Of a stretch of DNA of 64,000 nt, positions 27,460-42,822 are shown in pieces (the first letter of the stretch is position 1; every line of letters begins with the position of its first letter). The stretch is from an uncultured delta proteobacterium. GTDB taxonomy: Bacteria > Myxococcota_A > Polyangia > Polyangiales > B10-G4. Location: positions 288,001 through 352,000 of the forward strand of contig CAVSGI010000027.1 of the NCBI GenBank assembly GCA_963727445.1. The letters are read 5' to 3'. The notes below the pieces were generated by a model. It made no database searches. It was not told the DNA's origin and saw only the letters and a list, made by a program, of their open reading frames with translations. The position numbers and the translations under genes were made by a program.

Positions 27460-28827
27460 TCAGAAGACGGCTTCGAGGGCCTGCTCGAGGGTCGAGACGG
27501 GGATGAGCTCGGCGCCCTTCTTCTCGCTCTTCGTGAGGCGCTCGGCGTTGCCTCTGGGGAGCACGACGCGGCTGAAGCCCATCTTCACGGCCTCGCTCAC
27601 CCGCGGGCCCGGCCGCGGGACGGCGCGCACCTCGCCCGCGAGCCCGATCTCTCCGAAGGCTGCGACCCGATCGTCGACGGCGCGCTCGCGCAGGCTCGAC
27701 ACGACCGCGAGCGCCAGACCCAGGTCCATCGCCCGCTCGTCCACCCGCGCGCCGCCGGCGACGCTCACGAAGACGTCGCGGTCGAGGACGTGGATGTCCG
27801 CCTTGCGCTCGATCACCGCGAGGAGGATGGCCAGACGGTTGGCGTCCACCCCGCTCGCCACCCGGCGCGCGGCGCCGTAGACCGCGGGCGCCACCAGCGC
27901 CTGCACCTCGACCAGGAGCGGCCGGCTCCCCTCCGCAGTCGGCACCACCAGCGAGCCCGCCGACGCCTCGGGGCGCTCCGCCAGAAAGAGCGCGCTCGGA
28001 TCCGGCACCTCGCGCAGACCTTCGCGCACCATCTCGAAGACACCCATCTCGTGGGTCGGCCCGAAGCGATTCTTCGTCGAGCGCACGATGCGAAAGGCGT
28101 GGCTCCGATCGCCCTCGAAGGCGAGCACGGTGTCGACCAGGTGCTCGAGCATCTTCGGCCCCGCGAGCGCCCCCTCCTTGGTCACGTGGCCGATCAGGAA
28201 GAGCGCGATTCCGTCGCGCTTCGCGATCTCGATCAAGCGCGCGGAGACCTCACGCAGCTGCGTGACGCTCCCGGCGCTCGACTCGACGTCGCGGCTCCGC
28301 ACCGTCTGGATCGAATCGATCACCGCAACGTGGGGATGCGCATCGCGCAGCGCCGACTCCACGTCATCGAGCTCCGTCGTCGCCAGGATGCGAACGTCGC
28401 GCATCCCCGCGCCGCCAATCCGCTCGCCGCGCATCGCGACCTGGGACGCCGACTCCTCCCCCGTGGCGTACACCACCGTCCGGCCCGCCGCGGCCAACGC
28501 CGCCAGGGCCTGCATCAGGAGCGTGGACTTGCCGATCCCCGGGTCGCCCCCGAGGAGCGTCACGCCGCCGGCGACCGCCCCGCCGCCCAGCACTCGGTCG
28601 AGCTCACCGATCCCCGTCGGCAACCGCCGCGCGGAATCGGACTCGACGTCGCCCAGCGCCACAGCCGTGGCGCGCGCCCCGCCCCTGCCGCCGCCCTTTC
28701 GGACGACCTTCGTCTCCTCGGCGATGGTGTTCCACTCGCCGCACTCGGGACAGCGCCCGAGCCATCGCGCCGCCGTCGCCCCGCACGCCGTGCAGGCGTA
28801 CACCGTCTTCTCTTTCCGCTTCGCCAT
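27460..28827 (-). CDS. radA: DNA repair protein RadA/Sms
   Basis: C4 zinc finger CTACG..CPECG, GGDPGIGKSTLL, KNRFG, Lon-like C-terminus. Confidence 0.97.
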   Translation of the reverse strand: MAKRKEKTVYACTACGATAARWLGRCPECGEWNTIAEETKVVRKGGGRGGARATAVALGDVESDSARRLPTGIGELDRVLGGGAVAGGVTLLGGDPGIGKSTLLMQALAALAAAGRTVVYATGEESASQVAMRGERIGGAGMRDVRILATTELDDVESALRDAHPHVAVIDSIQTVRSRDVESSAGSVTQLREVSARLIEIAKRDGIALFLIGHVTKEGALAGPKMLEHLVDTVLAFEGDRSHAFRIVRSTKNRFGPTHEMGVFEMVREGLREVPDPSALFLAERPEASAGSLVVPTAEGSRPLLVEVQALVAPAVYGAARRVASGVDANRLAILLAVIERKADIHVLDRDVFVSVAGGARVDERAMDLGLALAVVSSLRERAVDDRVAAFGEIGLAGEVRAVPRPGPRVSEAVKMGFSRVVLPRGNAERLTKSEKKGAELIPVSTLEQALEAVF

Positions 28828-28879
28828 GGTCCGTTATCGGTGAGACGGCCCCTGGGTTGCGGAACTGACGGCTGACGCC

Positions 28880-30896
28880 TCAGTACTGGATGCCGAGGAT
28901 CAAACGGACGATCTGGGCGTTCGAAAGCGAGTTGTTGGTGTGGAGACGGTCCCCGGCGATGTAGCCGAGGCCGTCGAGGGGGAAGAGGATCCCGTACTGC
29001 AAGAGGGCGTGGAACCCGTCCATCAGCTCGGGGCCGTCCTCCGAGCGGTAGTAGATCGACGCGTTGATCTCGACGCCGAGGTTGGGGTCGTTGCCCCAGG
29101 CCTGACGCGGCTGGCTCGCCCGCGAGTAGATGAGGTCCGCGCGCGCGCCGAGGAGCTGGCCGAAGGCGTTGCGGATGAAGTCGTAGCTGAGCCCGGGCTT
29201 GAAGTAGTAGGCGCCGGCGATCTGCGTGAGGATGTTACGGAAGAGGATGAGGTCGATGCGGTAGTTGGGGTGCATGCGGAACGTGGTGATGTTCTTGTCC
29301 GCCATCCCCGCCGCGTCCTGCTGCGTCGGCAGACCGGAGGTCACCGCCAGCCCATTGACGTCGGGGTCACCGCTGGCGTAACCGCCCGCGTAGTAGATGC
29401 CCAGCTGGTCGTTCAGGAGCCGATACTCCGCTTCGAGGACGACCGCGCCCTGCATCAGGCTGTAGTTGTCCTTCACGTAGCTGTCGTTCTCGATGTTCTC
29501 GATGGAGCCGATGATCATCGCGGCCTCGGCCTCCACGCGGAGCGTTCCGTACTTGAGCTGGAACCAGAGGTCGGGGATGAAGGCCTCCGCCTGGCGGCGC
29601 TGAAAGAGCGCAGTCCCGGTGCTCGCGTCCGGGGGTCGCGAGTAGGGATCGGAGATGCCCGCGCTGGTCAGGCTCTGGTTGCGGTAGACGAAGTACGCGC
29701 CGCCGTTGACGACCGCACCGCCCCTCTGAAGCGTGTCGGCCTGCTCCTCCTCGCTCATGCGTCGCGCCGCGGCGAAGACGAACTGGTTGATGTCGTCGTT
29801 CTGGTTGGTGTCGTACGGGATCTGCAGCAGAATCGAGGCGGTTCTGCTCGATGATGCCCTCGCCCGCGAAGTCCCAGGCCGCGACCCAGTAGATGCCGAT
29901 CAGCTTGGTGATCAACATGATGCGGTCGACGTCCGTCTGCCAGTCCGAGTCGATGCCGTCGCCGCCGTTGGCGAGCATGCCGAGACCCCACTGGCTGCCC
30001 ATGCGACCGAAGCGGAGCTGGCCGAGGCCGCGGTTGGTCACCTCACCCCAGGCGCGCCGCACGTGCACCGCCGATTGAAGCGAGTTGCGGCCGACCGTCG
30101 GAGAGACCTGCGTCGCCGCGAAGGTGTCGAGGGGCACGCGCGGGGTGCGGGCCTGGCGCTCGTAGACCGAAGGCGCGGTGCTCGAAGCCGCCGTCACGAA
30201 ACCGTCCGGCGTCGAACCGAGCACCAGGTTGTCGAGAAGGTCGACCTGCATGTGCACCTTCACGTCGTCGGAGAGCGCGATGGTCGGCTCGAGACGCAGG
30301 CGCATGTTCGCGAAGGCGAGCGTCCCGGAGTTGGAGCACGGCGCCATCGAATCGGGGGAGCCGGAGCCGGTGCACCCGCCGCCGACCGCACCGTTGCGCG
30401 TCGGCGGACGAAAGTTCGAAAAGGGCGGGTCGGCTTCCGGCGTGGTGCCGCCCATGCCGTCGTTCAGGCCGCGACCCAGCCAGAAGGTATCCATGAGCTG
30501 GGGACGCACGCGGTAGTAGCCGTGGAGGGTGACGGCGGGCTGGGGCGCGCCCCAGGTGCCCTGGGTCGGATCGCTCGAAGGAGGCGCACCCTCCTCGAGG
30601 CGCGAGAGCGCGTCGCCGGGATCGGGGAGCTCCTCCTCCTCGGTGACCTCCTCTTCCTCGACCTCTTCGTCTTCGGGCAGCTCGACGTCCAGGGGCTCGA
30701 CCGTGGGCGGGCGAAGGCGCACCTCGCCCTCGTCCCCCTCTTCCTCTTCCTCTTCTTCGTCTTCCCCTTGGGCCGTATCCCCCTCCGCGTCAGGGGTCTC
30801 CTCGGCCTCTTCCTCCTCGGTCGGAGGCTGGCCCAGGGCGCTCATCGGCATGGCCAAAAGTGCGAAAACAGTCGTAAAAAAGACGCAACGGCGCAT
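28880..30896 (-). CDS. Myxobacterial outer membrane beta-barrel (TIGR04551-like), split by an apparent +1 frameshift near 29831
   Basis: LHGYYRVR, ANMRLRLEP, VDLLDNLVLGSTP, GQLRFGRMGSQWGLGMLANGG in frame 1; FRMHPNYRIDLILFR...LILGIQY in frame 2. Confidence 0.72.
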
Positions 30897-30987
30897 TTCC
30901 CCGCTCCTGGGCCCACGGGGGCTGATTCCCCGCGGCGCCCGGTGGTTATCACGGCATCCCCCCTAAAGAAACCGCTATCTTGCGCGG

Positions 30988-32644
30988 GTGAGCCCTTCCC
31001 TCCGACTCGTCGCCTTGGGCGGCCTGGGCGAGATTGGAATGAACTGCATGGCCCTCGAATCCGGGGGTGATGTGATGGTCATCGACTGCGGTGTGACCTT
31101 CCCCGACGGTCTGCCTGGGGTCGACGTGATCCACCCGGACTTCCGCTGGCTCGCCGCCCGTCGCGATCGCCTCCGCGGCATCGTCATCACCCACGGGCAC
31201 GAGGACCACATCGGGGCCCTGCCCTATCTATTGAAGGTGGCCCCCGCCCCCGTCCACGCCCCGCGCTACGCCCTCGCCCTGATCGAGCGCCGCCTCGAAG
31301 AGCACGAGGACCTGCCCGCCATCCCCCTCTGTCCCACCCGCCCTGGCGCACGCTTCGACGTCGGCCCCTTCGGCGTCGAGCCCGTGCGGGTGACACACTC
31401 GATCGTGGACGCGACCGCGCTCATTCTCGATACCCCCGTCGGCCAGGTGATCCACACCGGCGACTTCAAGATCGATCCCGAGCCTCCCGATGGCGAGCAC
31501 TTCGACACCGAGCGGCTCCGCGCCGCGGGCGACGCCGGGGTGCGGCTGCTGATGAGCGACTCCACCAACGCCTGGGTGCCGGGCGAGACGGGGAGTGAGA
31601 AGAGCGCGCACGACGCGCTCGAGGCCCTCGTCGCCGGCGCCGGGGGTCGCGTGGTGGTCGCTCTCTTCGCCTCCAACAACCACCGCCTTCGCTCGCTCTT
31701 CCAGATCGCCCGGGCGCACGACCGTCGTGTGCTCCTCCTCGGCCGCTCCCTGCACCGCCACTTCGAGGTCGCGCGGGAGACGGGCTACCTCGCGGACCCG
31801 GGCTCGCTCCTGGTCGGTGAGCGCGACGCGCGTGATCTGCCGCCGAGCCACCTGATGGTGCTCGCCACCGGAACCCAGGGCGAGCCTCCCGCCGCGCTGG
31901 CGCGCCTCGCCGAGGATCGGCATCCAGCGCTCAGCCTCGACGAAGGAGACATGGCCATCCTCTCGTCGCGCATCATCCCCGGCAACGAAAAGCGCGTGTA
32001 CGATCTGATCAACGCGCTGATCCGCCAGGGGGTGGCGGTGCACTGGAGCGCGACCGACCGCGGGGTGCACGTGAGCGGCCACGCGCACGCGGACGAGCAA
32101 AGACGTATGCTTCGGCTCGTGCGCCCCGCCTCCTTTCTGCCCGTCCACGGCACCCGCATGCATCTCGAACGTCACGCCGCGCTCGCCGCGGCCGAGGGCG
32201 TGAAGGAGACGCTGGTCGTCGAGAACGGCAGCGTGGTGGAGGTCACGCCGAGCGCGCTCTCCGTGGTCGACAGCGCGCCGGTGGGCCGCGTGGCCGTGGA
32301 TCGGCGCCGTGAGCTCCCCTCCGAGGTGCTCTCGGAGCGCGCGACCCTCGGCGAGCTCGGCTGTGCCTTCGCCGTGGTGCCGGTGAGCGCACGCGGCCTC
32401 GACGGAAAAGGTGATCGTGACGACGCGCGGGGTCGTGGGCGACGACGAAGTCGACGCATTCGAGGAAGAGGCAGAGCGTTTCGTGGAGGGCGAGCTCGGC
32501 CGCGCGCGGCTGGTCTTCTCGGACACGGAGGCCGTCGAGGACGCCGCGCGACGCGCGCTCGGGCGCTTCCTCAAGAAGCGGCTGGGAAGAAAGCCCGTGA
32601 CCTGGGCACTCGTGAGCCGTGCTTTCGGAAAGGACGATCGATGA
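30988..32644 (+). CDS. rnj: Ribonuclease J, C-terminus displaced by an apparent +1 frameshift near 32408
   Basis: LGGLGEIGMN, THGHEDHIGA, HTGDFK, SDSTNA, HVSGHA, PVHG; true C-terminus (VIVTTRG...KKRLGRKPV) in the +1 frame. Confidence 0.92.
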
Positions 32645-34005
32645 GGCGAGCGCTCTCCCTCTTCGCAGCTGCGGCGCTCCTCGCCTGTGGCGGTGGCAGC
32701 AGCGAGCAGGAATCGCACGCGACCATGACCCCGCGCGACCACGACGTCATCGCGGACGAATGGACGGGACGCGCGGGCACCGAGACCACCCCCACGCCGC
32801 ACGAGCAGCGGATCATCGACGAGCTCGCGCGTGCCGCCGAAGAGGTGCGCGGCCTCGAGTTCCGCGAGCCCGTCCCGACGGCGGTCCAGGACCGACAGGC
32901 CATCCTCCGCTACCTCACGGCCGAGCTCGCCGAGGAAGACCTGGCGACCTCGCGCGAGGTCTACGTGGCCCTCGGCCTGTTGCCCCCCGACCTCGACATC
33001 CGCGACCTCTTGCGGCGCGTCCTCGGCGAGCAGGTGGTCGGCTACTACGATCCCGAGACGGACCGCTTCGTGATCCGCGACGACGTGATGCGCGGCCTCG
33101 GGCGTGGCTCCAGCGCCGTCGACGAGACCCGCGTCACCATCGTTCACGAGCTGGTGCACGCGCTTCAGGATCAACACCTCGACCTCGGCGAGCGCTTCGA
33201 GGACGACACCCGCGACACCGACCCCGACGGCGCGTACCGCGCGGTGGTGGAGGGCGACGCCACGCTGGCCATGATCGGCTACGCGGCTGCACAGGCCGGG
33301 CGCCCCCTCGAAGCGATCACCGAGCGTCCGGAGCAGCTCCGCGCGCTGATGAGCGGCGCGATGCCGGTCGGCGACCAGGAGCTGGCGAGCGCGCCCGCGA
33401 TCGTACGCGTGACGCTCATCTCGAGCTATCTCGACGGGCTGGTCTTCAGCGCGCACCTGCACGGCGCCGGGGGATGGGGCGCGATCGACGAAGCGCATCG
33501 CCATCCGCCCGCGAGCTCCGAGCAGGTCCTCCATCCCGAGAAGTACTTCGCGCACGAGCTGCCGGACGCGATCACCCTTCCTCGCTTCGCGGAGCTCGAG
33601 GCCGCCGGCTGGGAGAAGGTCGAAGAGGACACGCTGGGTGAGGTCGAGATGAAGGTCTACCTCGGTCAGCTCGAAGCGAGCGGTGTCGCCGAGGCGGCGG
33701 CCGCGGGATGGTCGGGCGACCGGCTGCGCGTCTACCGCAAGGAGGGAAGCGAACACGCGGCCTGCGTGTGGTTCACCTCGTGGGACGACGAAGACGAAGC
33801 GCAGGAAGCGGAGCTGGCGGCCAAACGCATCGTCGCGTCCATCCCCGAAGACCGCCGGAGCGAGCATCGCGTGGAGCGCCGCGGCCGCGCACTCTTAATC
33901 GTCCGGCATCTTCCGCCCGCGCTTCACCGCAGCGTCTCCGAATCGTTTGCGGAAATGGCCGCTTCGCTTCCGCCCGCGCCCCAAACCGCCACCGGCGCCC
34001 CTTGA
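32641..34005 (+). CDS. Lipoprotein with zinc metallopeptidase-like motif
   Basis: Lipobox LLAC; GYYDPET, IVHELVHALQDQH, VVEGDAT, PPASSEQVLHPEKY, DTLGE, AAAGWSGD. Confidence 0.8.
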   Translation: MRRALSLFAAAALLACGGGSSEQESHATMTPRDHDVIADEWTGRAGTETTPTPHEQRIIDELARAAEEVRGLEFREPVPTAVQDRQAILRYLTAELAEEDLATSREVYVALGLLPPDLDIRDLLRRVLGEQVVGYYDPETDRFVIRDDVMRGLGRGSSAVDETRVTIVHELVHALQDQHLDLGERFEDDTRDTDPDGAYRAVVEGDATLAMIGYAAAQAGRPLEAITERPEQLRALMSGAMPVGDQELASAPAIVRVTLISSYLDGLVFSAHLHGAGGWGAIDEAHRHPPASSEQVLHPEKYFAHELPDAITLPRFAELEAAGWEKVEEDTLGEVEMKVYLGQLEASGVAEAAAAGWSGDRLRVYRKEGSEHAACVWFTSWDDEDEAQEAELAAKRIVASIPEDRRSEHRVERRGRALLIVRHLPPALHRSVSESFAEMAASLPPAPQTATGAP

Positions 34006-34050
34006 GAACGCTGGTGCGGCTGCTAAAGGGGCCGCACGGAGGTGCTCTTC

Positions 34051-34698
34051 ATGTCGCGTGTGCTGCTCTCGGTCCTCGTCTCGTCGCTCTCGCTCATGGT
34101 CGTCGGTTGCGGTGACGACGGAGGGGCATCGTCGACGGGCGACGGCGGCTTCGGAAGCGACAGCAGCACCAGCGCCGACACCGGCACCGCGACCACCGAT
34201 TCCGGCACGACGGCCGACACCGGCACCACGACCACCGATTCCGGCACGACGGCCGACACCGGCACCGCGACCACCGATTCCGGCGCCGCCACCGACGGCG
34301 GCGGCGGGGGCGACGGCTCGGTGGGCAGCGCCTGCGGCGGCGACGGCGACTGCAACGCCGGCCTCACCTGTCTGATGACGATCGGCGGCGGCGGCTTCGG
34401 CATCGACTTCCCCGGCGGCTACTGCACCCAGATGGACTGCGGCGGCATGGGCGGCGCCATGTGCCCCGCCGGCAGTCAGTGCCTGAGCGTCGGCTTCGGC
34501 ATGTTCGGCTACAGCTACTGCGCGGACAGCTGCAGCGGCATGTCCGACTGTCGCATGGGCTACGAGTGCGGCATGCCGCCCGTCGGCATGGTGTCGGGCA
34601 TGGTGTGCACGCCGAGTCTCGGCTTCGGCGGTGGTGACGGCGGCTTCGGCTTCGGCGATGGCGGCTTCGGCGGCGATGGGGGCCTTCCGTTCCCGTAA
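34051..34698 (+). CDS. Cys/Gly-rich lipoprotein with Thr/Asp linker repeats
   Basis: GGAGG RBS; lipobox VVGC; 3 x (T/S)ADTGT(A/T)TTDSG; PGGYCT Cys-rich domain. Confidence 0.75.
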   Translation: MSRVLLSVLVSSLSLMVVGCGDDGGASSTGDGGFGSDSSTSADTGTATTDSGTTADTGTTTTDSGTTADTGTATTDSGAATDGGGGGDGSVGSACGGDGDCNAGLTCLMTIGGGGFGIDFPGGYCTQMDCGGMGGAMCPAGSQCLSVGFGMFGYSYCADSCSGMSDCRMGYECGMPPVGMVSGMVCTPSLGFGGGDGGFGFGDGGFGGDGGLPFP

Positions 34699-34738
34699 GC
34701 GATTGCACCTCCGGCCCCCCTCTGGCAGGTTCCGGCGC

Positions 34739-35185
34739 ATGAGTGATCCGCGCGTCTCCTGGGACGACTACTTCATGAACATCGCCCGCGAGGTCGCGAC
34801 CCGCGCGACCTGCAACCGCAAGCACGTGGGCGCGGTCATCGTCCGGGACAAGACCATCCTGTCGACCGGCTACAACGGCTCGATCCGGGGCCTGCCTCAC
34901 TGTGACGACGACGATCACATGATGGAGGACGGCCACTGCGTCCGCACCATCCACGCCGAGAACAACGCCATCATCCAGGCCGCGAAGAACGGCACCGCCA
35001 TCGAGGGGGCGAACATCTACGTGACCGCCTCGCCGTGTTGGAATTGCTTCAAGATGATCGCCAACGCCGGGATCAAGCGCATCGCCTTCGGCGAGTTCTA
35101 CCGGGACCAGCGGATCTTCGAGATCTCGAAGAAGCTGGGCATCGAGCTGGTGGACCTCTCGGATTCGGCGAAAGCCGCGGAATAG
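34739..35185 (+). CDS. dCMP deaminase / ComEB family
   Basis: WDDYFM, RATC, STGYNG, HAENNA, SPCWNC. Confidence 0.93.
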   Translation: MSDPRVSWDDYFMNIAREVATRATCNRKHVGAVIVRDKTILSTGYNGSIRGLPHCDDDDHMMEDGHCVRTIHAENNAIIQAAKNGTAIEGANIYVTASPCWNCFKMIANAGIKRIAFGEFYRDQRIFEISKKLGIELVDLSDSAKAAE

Positions 35186-35286
35186 CGGGTCCCGAGGGAG
35201 CCGGCACCTTCCCGTGGTTGACCGGCCCGAAGGCGGGCGCTATGCCCGCCTTCTTTCGTAATTTCGTGCTCTGAAAGGCAACGACG

Positions 35287-36591
35287 ATGGAGTCGCAGGT
35301 CAGCGAGATCAGCCCGGTCAAAGTGGAGGTCAGCGTCGAGATCCCTTGGGACGACGTGAAGAAGGATCTCGATGCGACCTACAAGCAGCTCGGCAAGAGC
35401 GCGCGCGTGCGTGGGTTTCGCCCGGGCAAGGTGCCGCGCAACGTCCTGAGGCAGGTCTACGGCCGCCAGGTGAACGGCGAGGTGGTGGCGCAGCTCGTGG
35501 AGAAGGGGCTCCTCCACGCGGTGGAGAGCCACGACCTGCAGATCGTGGCCCAGCCCGAGATGACCGACCAGCCGGAGATCGAGAAGGGCAAGCCGCTGAC
35601 CTTCAAGGCGACGGTGGAGATCCGCCCCAACCTCGAGTCGGTGAACATGGAGGGGCTCGAGGTGAGCCGCACCAAGGTGGACATCTCCGATGAGGCTGTG
35701 AACGAAGAGGTCGAGCGTCTGCGGCGCGAAAACGCCGACGTTCAGGTGCCGGAGCCCATGCGCCCCAGCAAGGCCGGTGACGAGCTCATGATCGACTACT
35801 CGGTCAGCGTCGACGGAGAGCAGAAGCCCGACATGAGCGCCGAAGGCCGCCCCGTGGAGCTCGGCGCCGACCAGCTCATCGAGGAGTTCGAAAAGGGCCT
35901 GCTCGGCCTTCAGCCGGGCGACGAGACCACCATCGACATCACCTTCCCCGAGGATCACGGCGACGAGACCCTCCGCGGCAAGACAGCGACCTTCGCCATC
36001 ACGGTCAAGGAGCTCCGCGAGAAGCTTTTGCCCGAGCTCGACGACGAGTTCGCCAAGGACTGCGGGGACTACGCGACCCTTCTAGAGCTTCGCCTGAAGA
36101 TTCGCGAGCGCCTCGAGAAGCAGGCCGAGCAGCGGGCCGAAAGCGAAATCCGTGAGAAGGTCATCGACAAGCTGGTGGAGATCAACGACGTGCCGGCGCC
36201 GCCGTCGATGGTGAAGCAGGAGGAGCAGCGGATGCTCTACGAGCTCGTCCAGCTCATGCAGATGACGGGCGGCGCGGGGCCGGACCTCGGGGACGACTTC
36301 CAGAAGAACATGGCGGAGCGGGCCGAGAAGAAGGTGAAGGCCGCGATCCTCCTCGGCGCCGTGGCGCGGACCGAGAAGATCGAGGTCAGCGACGCCGACG
36401 TGGACGCGAAGCTCGGAGAAATCGCCGAGCAGACCGGCAAGCACATTGCCAAAGTCCGCGTGGAGTACCAGGGTGAGCGACGAGACGCGCTGCAGAATCA
36501 GCTGATGGAAGACAAGCTGATCGAATACCTTTTGAGCAAAGCGAAGATCGTAGAGGGCGTGGACGCTGCCGAGTCCGAGAAGGAGGGCTGA
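35287..36591 (+). CDS. tig: Trigger factor
   Basis: [12 protein letters not shown]-like domain, [10 protein letters not shown]; upstream of clpP. Confidence 0.96.
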   Translation: MESQVSEISPVKVEVSVEIPWDDVKKDLDATYKQLGKSARVRGFRPGKVPRNVLRQVYGRQVNGEVVAQLVEKGLLHAVESHDLQIVAQPEMTDQPEIEKGKPLTFKATVEIRPNLESVNMEGLEVSRTKVDISDEAVNEEVERLRRENADVQVPEPMRPSKAGDELMIDYSVSVDGEQKPDMSAEGRPVELGADQLIEEFEKGLLGLQPGDETTIDITFPEDHGDETLRGKTATFAITVKELREKLLPELDDEFAKDCGDYATLLELRLKIRERLEKQAEQRAESEIREKVIDKLVEINDVPAPPSMVKQEEQRMLYELVQLMQMTGGAGPDLGDDFQKNMAERAEKKVKAAILLGAVARTEKIEVSDADVDAKLGEIAEQTGKHIAKVRVEYQGERRDALQNQLMEDKLIEYLLSKAKIVEGVDAAESEKEG

Positions 36592-37232
36592 TGGCCAACG
36601 ACGGTCGTGACGAAACGAAGGGGGCCTACGTGCCCATGCCGCTGGTGGTGGAGACGACGCACCGCGGCGAGCGCAGCTGGGACATCTACAGCCGCCTTCT
36701 CAAGGATCGCATCGTTTTCCTCGGCACCGAGGTGAACGACGACATCGCCAACATCATCATCGCCCAGATGCTCTTCCTCGAGAGCGAGGACCCCGACAAG
36801 GAGATCACGCTCTACATCAACAGCCCGGGCGGTGTGATCACCGCCGGTCTCGCGATCTACGACACCATGCAGTACGTCCGCTGCCCGGTGTCCACGGTGT
36901 GCCTGGGGCAAGCTGCCTCGATGGCGGCGTGGCTTCTCGCCGCAGGCAGCCCGGGCATGCGCAAGGCGCTGCCCAACAGCCGGGTCATGATCCACCAGCC
37001 CCTCGCCGGCTACCAGGGCCAGGCGACCGACATCGAGATCCACGCCAAGATGATCCTCAGCGTCCGGGAACGGATGAACGAGATCATGGCGAAGCACACC
37101 GGCCAGACCCCCGAACAGGTCAAGGAAGATACGGAGCGCGACCGGTTCCTCTCGGCCACCCAGGCCAAGGAGTACGGGATCATCGACGAGGTGATCGATC
37201 GACTCAAGCCCGGGGCGCCGAAGAAGGGATGA
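36591..37232 (+). CDS. clpP: ATP-dependent Clp protease proteolytic subunit
   Basis: [33 protein letters not shown]. Confidence 0.97.
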   Translation: MANDGRDETKGAYVPMPLVVETTHRGERSWDIYSRLLKDRIVFLGTEVNDDIANIIIAQMLFLESEDPDKEITLYINSPGGVITAGLAIYDTMQYVRCPVSTVCLGQAASMAAWLLAAGSPGMRKALPNSRVMIHQPLAGYQGQATDIEIHAKMILSVRERMNEIMAKHTGQTPEQVKEDTERDRFLSATQAKEYGIIDEVIDRLKPGAPKKG

Positions 37233-37351
37233 CGCTGTGCGTAGTGATGGTACGCACGGGTCGGCCGAAGCTTGCCGCCCCCATCTGGCGGCGCTAGAAT
37301 CGACTCGGTTTTTGGTGGTTTTCTTCGAGGCACAGTACGAGGTGAGGACGA

Positions 37352-38611
<1,260 letters not shown>

Positions 38612-38620
38612 TGCTCGTGC

Positions 38621-38721
38621 ATATCGACCCTCCCTCCCCGCCCCGAATCCTCCCCGAGGGGGGACCCTCGGACTCCCCCCGACACCTCGCTTCGCTCGGC
38701 ACCACGCTCGCCTGGGCTCGC
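38621..38721 (+). repeat. REP-like intergenic element, copy 2 (related to 27337-27427)
   Basis: Same ordered blocks as 27337-27427, hairpin CCGAGGG/CCCTCGG. Confidence 0.65.
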
Positions 38722-38745
38722 GAATCTCGCTCGTGAGGTCTGCCC

Positions 38746-41222
<2,477 letters not shown>

Positions 41223-41229
<7 letters not shown>

Positions 41230-41463
41230 CGCCTTCGCGAAGCGAAGGCGCCCGCAGAAGGCTCCGCCGAAGCGGAGCGGCGCCGCAAGCCGCGCAAGCG
41301 GCTGGAGGTGACGCGCAGCGCAGGCGGAGCCGGGATTGCGTCGCAGTAGCGCCTGAGCGGAGCGAAGGCGCCCGCAGAAGGCTCCGCCGCAGCGGAGCGG
41401 CACTGTAGGCTGCGCAGCAGCCGGAGGTGACGCGCAGCGAAGGCGTCCGCAGAAGGCTCCGCT
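41223..41463 (+). repeat. Tandem about 120 bp REP-like structured repeat (two units plus a partial)
   Basis: GCAGTAGCGCC at 41223 and 41343; GCGAAGGCG(C/T)CCGCAGAAGGCTCCGC three times; GGAGGTGACGCGCAGCG twice. Confidence 0.88.
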
Positions 41464-42745
41464 ACTCGGCGGGCGCAAACGCCGAGAAGACGGGCGCCGC
41501 GGAGCCACCGTGGGCGGCCGCTCCGTCCACGAGCGCACCCCAACAGGTTGGCGCCAGGCAAGCGCCGAGCATGCAGGTGAGAGACGCGCAGTCGGCGTCG
41601 TGTTCGCACGGCGCGCCGCGCGCACGGTCTGCCGCGCCACAGCGTTCGGCGATGCACGCGCCATCGGCGCACTGCTCGTCGAACCAGCAGAACGAGCCGC
41701 GCTCCTGTGCGGCAAGACATCGGCCCTGGAGGCAGACGTCGGAGGGGCACTGAGCGCCCTCGTCGCACGGGGATCCCTCGCCGAGCACCTCGACACATTC
41801 TCCGGCATGTCGAGAGGAGGTGCATCGGACGTGGTCGCAGTTGTCGTCTCGTGCGCATGGGTTCGAGGCACCGTCAGCGCACTGCGCCTCCAAACCGATG
41901 TTGCTGCACCGCCCGGACGCACACTGGCTCCCCGACGCGCATGGATGGCCCACTGGAAAGTCAGCCTCAGTCGGTCCACACACGCCTGGAAACCCGGCCC
42001 CCCAACGGCGCATCACGGGCGTGCATGCGCCGCTCTGGCAATCGTTCGATCGCTGGCACGGCGCATTCGCCTCGAGCGGCGCGACGCATACGCCCTCCCA
42101 CGACTGCCCGCAACGTGGCGCACAGCGCAGTCCCTGCCGACAGTCGGCGGGATTCAACGAGGGCTCGCAACGCTCTCCCGCCCTCTGCCTGCCCGCGCGG
42201 GACAAGTGACGTCGGCACCTACGCTCTCCTCCGAAGAGCCCAGTGGAGCAGGTGAAACCATCGCGACACTCGGAAAACGGCCGGGAGAGAGACTCGCAGG
42301 GTTCATCGTCCGGCACGAGGCCGGTTGCCACGTTCGTGAAATCGAGGTCGACGAGCTCGCACCCCTCGGTGGCCGACCTGAGCTCCTCGACGAAGTCCCG
42401 CATCCCACCGCGGGAGAGTGCGAGGGTGGCGCGCCGCCTGGCGTCGACGACATCGGGAAGCGCGAAGATCGAATGACACGCCGCCCCGACGCGTGATGCA
42501 CACCCCTCGGCTTCGGAGGGTCGCGTATCCCAGCAGCCACACCGTGACCACTGCTCACACAACCGAAGCGAGAGCTCCCCGCACAGTCCATCGACATCCT
42601 CGAGGTCCCCACCTGGTATTGGTGCGACAGGCGCGGCATCCACGCAGTACGGCGGAAGCTCGAGAGGATCCGGCGGTTCCTCGGCCGGCGCGCAGCTCCA
42701 AGCGCACGCCGCAACGAGTAGAAAGACGTGCCGCGGCCGAACCAC
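41462..42745 (-). CDS. Cys-rich putative lipoprotein (tandem GxxC..C.S..C modules)
   Basis: GTG start, hydrophobic leader ending AWSC; repeated modules such as GHPCASGSQCASGRC, GSPCDEGAQCPSDVC, GAPCEHDADCASLTC. Confidence 0.7.
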   Translation of the reverse strand: MVRPRHVFLLVAACAWSCAPAEEPPDPLELPPYCVDAAPVAPIPGGDLEDVDGLCGELSLRLCEQWSRCGCWDTRPSEAEGCASRVGAACHSIFALPDVVDARRRATLALSRGGMRDFVEELRSATEGCELVDLDFTNVATGLVPDDEPCESLSRPFSECRDGFTCSTGLFGGERRCRRHLSRAGRQRAGERCEPSLNPADCRQGLRCAPRCGQSWEGVCVAPLEANAPCQRSNDCQSGACTPVMRRWGAGFPGVCGPTEADFPVGHPCASGSQCASGRCSNIGLEAQCADGASNPCARDDNCDHVRCTSSRHAGECVEVLGEGSPCDEGAQCPSDVCLQGRCLAAQERGSFCWFDEQCADGACIAERCGAADRARGAPCEHDADCASLTCMLGACLAPTCWGALVDGAAAHGGSAAPVFSAFAPAE

Positions 42746-42822
42746 GTTCCCCCACGATGCAGTCGACGTGCCAGCCGACGACGCGAAGCTGACGCTCCGA
42801 GCCGAGTGTGCGAGCCTTGGCC

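Noticed and set aside
30988..34005. 1005 aa RNase J-metallopeptidase fusion shown in the ORF track
   Set aside because: It results from the +1 shift near 32408; RNase J ends at 32644 in the other frame and the second gene has its own ATG (32641) and lipobox
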